From an uncultured Bacteroidaceae bacterium (GTDB lineage: Bacteria > Bacteroidota > Bacteroidia > Bacteroidales > GCA-2748055), in the NCBI GenBank assembly GCA_964595055.1, contig CAZQOV010000001.1, positions 1,360 through 65,359 on the forward strand: a DNA stretch of 64,000 bases, read 5' to 3'. The notes under the pieces were generated by a model, which saw only the letters and a list, made by a program, of their open reading frames with translations, was not told the DNA's origin and did no database searches. The translations under genes and the position numbers were made by a program. Each line of letters opens with the position of its first letter. The first letter of the stretch is position 1. Positions 31,519 to 38,678 of this stretch are shown piece by piece.

Positions 31519-34500
31519 AATTCAACTTCCTCAATTTCATTGCTTCTATAATACCATAAATAAAGATTAATGACCTTATAACCTGCTGATTTTAAAGTAT
31601 GATAATATTGATGCAGTTGTTTTTTGTGTGCTTCTTTTTTATGATACCCAAATTTATAATCAAGAATAACTACTTTTTGATCTTTAATCATTACTCTGTC
31701 GGGACGAAGGATTTCTCCCTGTGCATTCATTATATCTGTCTCTGTTCTGCAATCCCAACATCCTGAAAACCATTCTCTTAATGGAAGTTTGCTCAACCGT
31801 TCAGACAATTCTATTTCCAGTGCAACACGTTCTTCACTATCCAGCAAGCCCTTTAACCATGCATTTCGAACGGAGTTTCCTATGTCTTCATATTTTTTTA
31901 TTCCGGCAAGTATTTCATGCATTTGAGTGCCATATCCGGTATGTATTTTGTCATCCTCTTTTAAATCTGACAGGTAAATATTTTTATGGTTCAAAACAAG
32001 TTTAGCGGTACTATGGGCAACAGGATAATCTGACAACAACCCGGTAATTGTTGAATCTCCAGGTTTTCCACCTTGTTTATTAAATTCAGGTTTACCATAA
32101 GAAAAAAACAAGCCGTGTTGCTGAACTCCTTTGTTAAGATCTGCAACCGGGTATTTCTCAGCATTTTCCTGAGGAGAACAGGTGTTTAGAATCTTAAAGA
32201 TCATATCTCCAACATTTTTTATCTCCCCTTTATCATTACTTAAAGCGGATAAGGAATGTAATTCCGACTCAGCCCGGGTAAAAGCCACATACAGAAGATT
32301 CAGGTTATCAACGTAAGTTCTGAAAAGCTCTTCATAATAATCGGCCTTAAAGTTAGATTCCCTCATCGCAGGGCCGAATGAGACAGGCATATGGCTGAAT
32401 TCCCGGTATGGGGTTGAAGCCGTATTGGGCCATAACAAGGTTTTGACGTAACCATGGCTATTGGGTTCAAGTCCCCAATCACAATAAGGAATAATCACGA
32501 TTTTAAATTCCAGTCCCTTTGCCTTGTGAATGGTCATTATCCTTATGGCCTCCTGGGTTTCAGAGATATTTAAGGTAGCTGATGGGGAGGTATTTTCCCA
32601 GTACTTTAAAAAGGCGGAAATGTCGCTGCCTTCTTTCCTTGTGAATTCAAGGACATGATCCTGAAAGGCCTGGACATATGCGATTTTATCAGGATTTTTA
32701 TTCAGCCTGAAAATTTTTATTAAGCTTTCGGTCAGATCATATAAATGAAGCTTGCGCAAATTTCCCATGTCTTTTTCAAAACCAAGAAAAGCCTCATCCA
32801 TGGGTTCATCAGAAGCATCTTCACGGGTAAATACGGCATGCCAGTTAACCTCTACCCTGTTTATCTCCCTCACATAAGCAAGATATTCATGCCGTATATA
32901 GCTGCTATTTATTTTATCGTAAGGTTGATTAAAAAATTTTAATAGTGCCGTAAGAAAACGGACCGCGGGGTTTTTTGCAATATAGAGAGAATCACTTGAT
33001 ATCACATTAAAGTTATATTTATCATTCTGACAATGATCATGATCCATTAAAATACGGGCAATTTTTCTTCCCTCGCTTCCTGTCCTGACAAGAATGGTAA
33101 TATCACTTGCAGAATAATGCCTGTCCTGAAGATCTTTAATAAGTTTGGGAAGCCATTCTTTTATGTAATCGAGCTGTTCACTTTTGCTTTGCCTGGGCAA
33201 AAAACGATGGCTGATATATCCATTATTCTCTTCCTCCTTAGGGAAGAATTTCTGCCGGGGTTCGCCATAAATCTTGTTTATCAGATTCAGCCAATGCTCT
33301 TCAAATTCAGGGATTTCACTTTTTCGGATGACCGATTTTATCATTTGCTTAATGATCTCGGGTGCAGCATGAAACAGAGAGTTATTGAAGGCTACAATAT
33401 TCTTATTACTCCTGTAATTGGTGTCAAGAGAAATATGGGTAATTCTCTCCGATGAAATTTTCTCATGAAGCTCGGCAGCCAAAATTTTCCAATCGCTGTT
33501 TCTCCATCGATAAATGGATTGTTTGACATCACCAACGACAATACTGTTTTTCCCGGTTGAAAGTCCATTCTCTATCAGGGGCAAAAAGTTATCCCACTGA
33601 AAACGTGAAGTATCCTGAAATTCATCAAGCATATAATGAAAAAAATGGTTGCCGGCTTTTTCGTATATGAAAGGAGCATCATTTTCACCGGTAATCTTTT
33701 TTAAAAAAAGAGAGGCATCAGATATCAGAAAAAGATTTTTTTCCCTGCTGATTTCCCGAATTCTGTCGGAAATATCATTCAGGATACCAAAAGTATACAG
33801 ATTATTTTTTAAAGCGAGGGAGGTATAATATTCTTCTTTATGCTGATCCCATAGGTCAATGATTTCCATCAATAATTGATTCAACCCTTCCTCAAAAAGC
33901 TTGCGGATTATATCTTCATTGGGATCATTTTTTTTTACCCATAAACTCAAGTCATTTGCACCTTTTCTGTTTGTATCGGAAATTTTCAAATCTCCGGGAA
34001 GATTATTGAAAGCCTTCGAAAAAATTGTAGCCACACCTCTTGATCCCCCTTTAAAATCCGCAATTTTGAGCCCCTGGTTTTCTATCATATCAAGTGCCTT
34101 CCGGGCTCTGTTTTTCAGGGAGTTTTCGAAGCTTTCTTGGGTAGAATTGAGTTTTTTGAGCAGGGAGTTGAATTTATCCATTCTCTCTTCATAATGCTCA
34201 GTCTCATCCTGAATGCTCTGATAAGTTTCCTTAAAAGCTTCATTGCCCAGGGTAAGAATATCGGAATAAAAATCCCAGGATTTTCCCGCCTTGATTTTAT
34301 CCTCAGCAAAGCGAATTAACCAAGATTTTAACTGTTCATCTTCCTCCATGTCAAACATCAGCAAATCAATAGCCTCCATCAAGACCGGAGAATTATCCAG
34401 CTCAAGAACATATCCGTTTTGCAGTCCTATTTCTCTGACAAATCCCCGGATAACCCATTGAAAAAATTTATCAATGGTCTGTACATAAAAGGCGGAATAG

Positions 34501-34802
34501 CTATTTAAAATGCTTCTCAACAAAAAATCTGCTTTTTGTTTTACTTCCTCCCTGGAGGCTGCAGCACCCGATTTAATAAGGGATTCAGTGTAATCTGACG
34601 CTTTTTTATCTTCGAGGCTTAACTGATATAGTTTTTCAAGGATCCGTTTTTTCATTTCTGCTGCAGCTTTATTGGTAAAAGTTACAGCCAATATATGCCG
34701 GTATGAAGCAGGATCCGAAAACAATTCCCGGATATAATTGAGTGCAAGCTGGTATGTTTTTCCCGAGCCGGCCGATGCTGTATATAAAAGGAGATTTTTC
34801 AT
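31515..34802 (-). CDS. AddA-like UvrD-family helicase with C-terminal PD-(D/E)XK nuclease domain
   Basis: Walker A YTASAGSGKTY, Walker B MLDEFQDTS, motif VI TIHKAKGLEF and a C-terminal RPDRVMI..VVILDYKFG. I set the start to the ATG at 34802 (MKNLLLYTASAGSGKTY); the track start is 34847. Confidence 0.87.
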   Translation of the reverse strand: MKNLLLYTASAGSGKTYQLALNYIRELFSDPASYRHILAVTFTNKAAAEMKKRILEKLYQLSLEDKKASDYTESLIKSGAAASREEVKQKADFLLRSILNSYSAFYVQTIDKFFQWVIRGFVREIGLQNGYVLELDNSPVLMEAIDLLMFDMEEDEQLKSWLIRFAEDKIKAGKSWDFYSDILTLGNEAFKETYQSIQDETEHYEERMDKFNSLLKKLNSTQESFENSLKNRARKALDMIENQGLKIADFKGGSRGVATIFSKAFNNLPGDLKISDTNRKGANDLSLWVKKNDPNEDIIRKLFEEGLNQLLMEIIDLWDQHKEEYYTSLALKNNLYTFGILNDISDRIREISREKNLFLISDASLFLKKITGENDAPFIYEKAGNHFFHYMLDEFQDTSRFQWDNFLPLIENGLSTGKNSIVVGDVKQSIYRWRNSDWKILAAELHEKISSERITHISLDTNYRSNKNIVAFNNSLFHAAPEIIKQMIKSVIRKSEIPEFEEHWLNLINKIYGEPRQKFFPKEEENNGYISHRFLPRQSKSEQLDYIKEWLPKLIKDLQDRHYSASDITILVRTGSEGRKIARILMDHDHCQNDKYNFNVISSDSLYIAKNPAVRFLTALLKFFNQPYDKINSSYIRHEYLAYVREINRVEVNWHAVFTREDASDEPMDEAFLGFEKDMGNLRKLHLYDLTESLIKIFRLNKNPDKIAYVQAFQDHVLEFTRKEGSDISAFLKYWENTSPSATLNISETQEAIRIMTIHKAKGLEFKIVIIPYCDWGLEPNSHGYVKTLLWPNTASTPYREFSHMPVSFGPAMRESNFKADYYEELFRTYVDNLNLLYVAFTRAESELHSLSALSNDKGEIKNVGDMIFKILNTCSPQENAEKYPVADLNKGVQQHGLFFSYGKPEFNKQGGKPGDSTITGLLSDYPVAHSTAKLVLNHKNIYLSDLKEDDKIHTGYGTQMHEILAGIKKYEDIGNSVRNAWLKGLLDSEERVALEIELSERLSKLPLREWFSGCWDCRTETDIMNAQGEILRPDRVMIKDQKVVILDYKFGYHKKEAHKKQLHQYYHTLKSAGYKVINLYLWYYRSNEIEEVEL

Positions 34803-35197
34803 TGGTATTCGAAAATAGGGAATAATTCCCAGAATCTGAATGAACAAAATGAGAACCGTGGAAAAAATCTTAATTTTGAAATACCTTAAGCTGCCTTCCC
34901 TGAAAAAAGGTTACCCTAATTCGGGGCTGTTCATATTGTTCAATAACCTTTCCAATAGCTACCATCTCTGATACTCTTAATTATTGATTGTCGCAAATTC
35001 ATCAGAGAATTCTGATTCATGAGAGAACATTATCCCTTGCAAATACGTAGACATTATCAATTCACATTTTTATTTAATTGCTCTGGGTGCCTAGGGAATT
35101 TAATTTGCATTTACTAAATTGCGCCATTTATTGAAAAAAGTGAGTTTTGGTAAGAAATAATCCTGATAACACAGAAATGAGTATTTAAAAACCCGAA

Positions 35198-35740
35198 ATG
35201 AAACTAAGACTGTTAAGCATAATTATAATCGCTAGTCTAGTGTCTTGTAAAATGAAAAGTACCACTCCATTTGAGACAGTCGATCAAATTGATCTTGAGA
35301 AATACGCCGGGAAATGGTATGATATTGCCCATTTTCCTTCCACTTTTTTAAATGGATGTAAAAATATAACGGCTGAATACACCCTAAGGGATAAAAAATA
35401 CATGGAGGTTTTCAATCGTTGTGAAAAGATCAGAAATGGCCATATAAAAAGTATCAAAGGAAAAGCATTTCCTGTAAAGGGCAGCGACAATTCCAAATTA
35501 AAAATTCAGTTTATCTGGCCTTTTCGGGCCGATTACTGGATTTTAGAAATAGAAGGGGATTACCAATATGCCTGTGTAGGAGGCCCAAACCGCAATTATG
35601 CATGGATCCTGTCAAGAACACCAAACCCCGACAAAGACATTGTTCAAAGAATGATGGATAATCTGGAAAGAAAAGGTTTTGATGTTTCCAGGTTCAGGTG
35701 GACTGTGCATGATGAAGCAGAGAGTGGGGAGAAGAAGTAG
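35198..35740 (+). CDS. blc: bacterial lipocalin (Blc-like) lipoprotein
   Basis: Lipobox LVSC and the lipocalin signature GKWYDIAHFPSTF..Y..VGGPNRNYAWILSR. Confidence 0.88.
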   Translation: MKLRLLSIIIIASLVSCKMKSTTPFETVDQIDLEKYAGKWYDIAHFPSTFLNGCKNITAEYTLRDKKYMEVFNRCEKIRNGHIKSIKGKAFPVKGSDNSKLKIQFIWPFRADYWILEIEGDYQYACVGGPNRNYAWILSRTPNPDKDIVQRMMDNLERKGFDVSRFRWTVHDEAESGEKK

Positions 35741-35928
35741 GCAGTCCCTCAACAGCCGAACCGCATCTCCGGGTAACCAGTCATAATTGATAGTGTTCGA
35801 AGTAAACGGTAATGATTGGGTCTCGACAATACCACAGTTTTTTTATCAATTATGGCGGTTGGTAAAAGGAAGGTACGAAATATTTATACTACATTAAATC
35901 AATTATTTATAAGATTTAATTAGCCGGT

Positions 35929-37110
35929 TTACTCCGATATAACTCCTGATCCCAGTAATTCATTATTCATGTACCAGGCAACAAACTGGCCGGGTGTTAT
36001 TCCCCGTTGTGGTTCTTTGAATGTGATGTATATCCCATCTTCTTTTTGCATCAAAGTTCCTTCCTGTAGCGGTTGCCTGTATCGTATTCTAAAATGGTAA
36101 TCGCAGCTATCTCCGTTGGTGAGTTTCAAATCCTCTCTCAGCCAATGAATTTCAGCCGAATTTACCTTTAAAGCGCTTCTGTAAAGTCCGGGATGGTTCT
36201 GACCTTGTCCAACATAAATGATATTCTTTTCCACATCAGTAGCCAGAACAAACAGGGGTTCTTTTTTTCCGCCAATATTCAAGCCTTTCCTCTGACCAAT
36301 GGTAAAAAAATGAGCGCCTTTATGTCTGCCAATTTTCTTTCCGTCTTCAGGGTTATAATTCCATGATTTTGCCATTTCTTCAATGTCCCTGATCTCAGTA
36401 TGCTTTTTATAAACAGAAGAGTTTACTTCAATTTCGATGACATTGCCTACCTTTACCGCAAGTTTTTGTTGTAAAAAAGTAGGTAAATCTACTTTTCCAA
36501 CAAAACATATCCCCTGGGAATCTCTTTTTTCCGCCGAAGCCAGTTTAAGTTGGCGTGCAATTTCTCTTACTTCCGATTTCTGTAAGTTGCCAATTGGAAA
36601 TAAGGTTTTTGCCAACTGCTGTTGGTTGAGCTGACAGAGAAAATAACTTTGATCTTTTTTCTGATCAGCGCCTGCAAGCAACCGGTAGATTATTTTGTTA
36701 TCTCTGCGGAGCTCATCTTTCATACAATAATGTCCTGTAGCGATATAATCTGCATTGAAATGTTCAAGAGACTTAAAAAACTCATCAAACTTAATTTCCC
36801 GATTGCATAAAACATCCGGATTCGGGGTCCTGCCCTGCTCATATTCCCTGAACATATAATCAATCACCCTTCTCTTGTATGTCTTACTTAAATCGACAAC
36901 ATGAAAAGGAATATCCAGTTTTTTTGCCACCAGTTCGGCAAAAGTTACGTCTTCATCCCAGGGACAATCACCTTTTAGTACACCCGTCTTATCGTGCCAA
37001 TTGATCATAAATACAGCTGTAACATCATATCCTTGTTTTTTCAGCAGATATGCTGCTACACTGGAATCTACCCCACCTGAAAGTCCTATTATGGCTTTTT
37101 TTCCCATCAT
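35929..37110 (-). CDS. mnmA: tRNA 2-thiouridine(34) synthase
   Basis: PP-loop GLSGGVDSSVAAYLL and the C-terminal MnmA barrel (ITPGQFVAWY). I set the start to the ATG pair at 37110/37107. The track ORF runs to 37251 and crosses a -7 box and a GC-rich non-coding segment. Confidence 0.92.
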   Translation of the reverse strand: MMGKKAIIGLSGGVDSSVAAYLLKKQGYDVTAVFMINWHDKTGVLKGDCPWDEDVTFAELVAKKLDIPFHVVDLSKTYKRRVIDYMFREYEQGRTPNPDVLCNREIKFDEFFKSLEHFNADYIATGHYCMKDELRRDNKIIYRLLAGADQKKDQSYFLCQLNQQQLAKTLFPIGNLQKSEVREIARQLKLASAEKRDSQGICFVGKVDLPTFLQQKLAVKVGNVIEIEVNSSVYKKHTEIRDIEEMAKSWNYNPEDGKKIGRHKGAHFFTIGQRKGLNIGGKKEPLFVLATDVEKNIIYVGQGQNHPGLYRSALKVNSAEIHWLREDLKLTNGDSCDYHFRIRYRQPLQEGTLMQKEDGIYITFKEPQRGITPGQFVAWYMNNELLGSGVISE

Positions 37111-37126
37111 AAAATGCATTGGTTTG

Positions 37127-37134
37127 CAAAGATA
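37127..37134 (-). promoter_or_regulatory. Bacteroidota -7 promoter box (TATCTTTG) for mnmA
   Basis: Exact TAnnTTTG match on the minus strand, 7 nt before the first ATG (37119) and 16 nt before ATGATG (37110). Confidence 0.5.
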
Positions 37135-37313
37135 ATAAAAGAATGGGAAGGAGAAGACGGTCGACGGGGGGCTAAAAGAGGCTGACGGTTGGAGGTCTTT
37201 TTCTGGGCACCCGGCAAAGGCTGCTTCGCCGGTGGATGAAGAGAGTGCCACTAAGGCAGGTGAAAGCTAAGCAGAGGCGGATGGTAGAGGCTTGCAGCAA
37301 ACAGTTTGTACTT

Positions 37314-37769
37314 TTAAAACCCTCTTACTTTCAAAACAAGATCATCATCAATGCAATTATCAATCATGTCGAGCAAATCTTCGTAAATACTGAGAAGTTC
37401 TTTGCGGATATTTTCCCAGGTAACTTTCCAGCCCGGATAAAAGGTTTTCAGATCATTAAGAAATACAATCCCTTCAACCTGCATTTTCAGGTAAGCATCA
37501 AATTCATCATAGCTTGCCGTGTTTTTCAAACGGGAATAGTGATCCTGCAGGTGATTACGAAGACTTGTAAGCTTATTATTATCATATTGTGTCAGATCAT
37601 AATAAGAGAAATCAGGATGACTTAAACTAAAAGCGGTTTGAATCAGACTGAAAACTGATCCATGAAGATATTTGGAAGTCTCAGAGAACTTTTTATTGCT
37701 TACCGGAGACATCTCTGAGCTAAACTCAACAATATTCAAATCTTTGTAATCAAAAAGCCTCAGTCGCAT
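37314..37769 (-). CDS. hypothetical protein (151 aa)
   Basis: ORF 12 nt downstream of the GntR-family gene. I see no recognisable motif. Confidence 0.55.
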   Translation of the reverse strand: MRLRLFDYKDLNIVEFSSEMSPVSNKKFSETSKYLHGSVFSLIQTAFSLSHPDFSYYDLTQYDNNKLTSLRNHLQDHYSRLKNTASYDEFDAYLKMQVEGIVFLNDLKTFYPGWKVTWENIRKELLSIYEDLLDMIDNCIDDDLVLKVRGF

Positions 37770-37781
37770 GTTGTCAAGCTG

Positions 37782-38504
37782 TTAAAAAGGTTTCAGGTAT
37801 TTATCATATATTTCCTGTGTTCGGTCAAGATGTTCTTTCATGATTCTGTAGGCTTCCTCATGATTTCCCACTCGAATGGCTTCAAGGATTTTTTTATGGT
37901 AATGCAGGGTATTCTCCTTTTCTCCTTCAATATTGGCATAGATATAATTCCTCATACGGGGAAGAAGAGAATAAATAGGTTCCATGGTAATCTGCATAAT
38001 CGGATTCGCTGTAGATTTGGCAATGATCAGATGAAAACGATTATCAATATCAGCTTCTTTCTGAGTGTTATCCGGGTTGCAGACTTCAAAATCCCTTATG
38101 TTCTGTTCTAGCTCCCGAATGTCATCTTCGCTCCTGTTTTTAGCAGCAAGACGGGCGATTTCCGGTTCAAATAATCTCCGAACTTCGATAAATTGACTAA
38201 GCAGATTTCTGTCAAATTTTAAATCATAGTACAAATTGAGGGTATTAATCGCATCTTCAATGTTCAGTTCATTCACATACATGCCACTACCCTTATGAAT
38301 TCGTATTAACCCCCTGGCGCTTAATCTCCTGAGAGCTTCTCTGAGTGCAGTACGACTTACCCCGAAAGATTCGCACATTTCCCTCTCAGTAGGTAATTTT
38401 GAGCCTACAGCCAGTTTCTTCTCCCGAATTGCATTTTCAATAGTCCTTTCAATTTTCAGGCTAAGGGTTTGCTTGTTGCCAATATTTTGAAATATATCAT
38501 CCAT
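37782..38504 (-). CDS. GntR/FadR-family transcriptional regulator (wHTH + FCD domain)
   Basis: N-terminal LPTEREMCESFGVSRTALREALRRLSARGLI and a helical FCD-like C-terminal domain. Confidence 0.9.
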   Translation of the reverse strand: MDDIFQNIGNKQTLSLKIERTIENAIREKKLAVGSKLPTEREMCESFGVSRTALREALRRLSARGLIRIHKGSGMYVNELNIEDAINTLNLYYDLKFDRNLLSQFIEVRRLFEPEIARLAAKNRSEDDIRELEQNIRDFEVCNPDNTQKEADIDNRFHLIIAKSTANPIMQITMEPIYSLLPRMRNYIYANIEGEKENTLHYHKKILEAIRVGNHEEAYRIMKEHLDRTQEIYDKYLKPF

Positions 38505-38563
38505 TATCCTAATATTTTTAGCCTGAAAAATTAAGTTTTTTAAAGCACAAAAATTTCATGGCG

Positions 38564-38571
38564 CAAAGATA
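38564..38571 (-). promoter_or_regulatory. Bacteroidota -7 promoter box (TATCTTTG) for the GntR-family gene
   Basis: Exact TAnnTTTG match on the minus strand, 60 nt upstream of the start at 38504. Confidence 0.4.
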
Positions 38572-38678
38572 CATTTTTTTTATTTTTTATTTTCCCTCTT
38601 AGTTTTAAACAGGAATAATCTATAATGTATTCAATCCTATAACTACACCTAAGGATTTGCTAACATATCTTAAGGTAA

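Noticed and set aside
27655-34847. Helicase-nuclease pair considered as a novel anti-phage defence module
   Set aside because: The architecture is UvrD-type helicase plus PD-(D/E)XK nuclease, paired with a nuclease carrying a four-Cys iron staple. That matches housekeeping AddAB, and the genes sit among core genes (trmD, mnmA) with no mobile or defence neighbours.
37190-37240. Possible SRP (4.5S) RNA because the minus strand contains GAAGCAGCC, as in the conserved SRP domain IV
   Set aside because: The surrounding sequence cannot form the GNRA-capped helix 8 with symmetric and asymmetric loops. Here AGCAGCC sits in a terminal loop closed by CCGGC/GCCGG.
37111-37251. 47-aa N-terminal extension of MnmA in the ORF track (MALSSSTGEAAFAGCPEK...)
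   Set aside because: It crosses an exact -7 promoter box and a GC-rich structured segment. The MnmA family starts close to the PP-loop (MGKKAIIGLSGGVDS).
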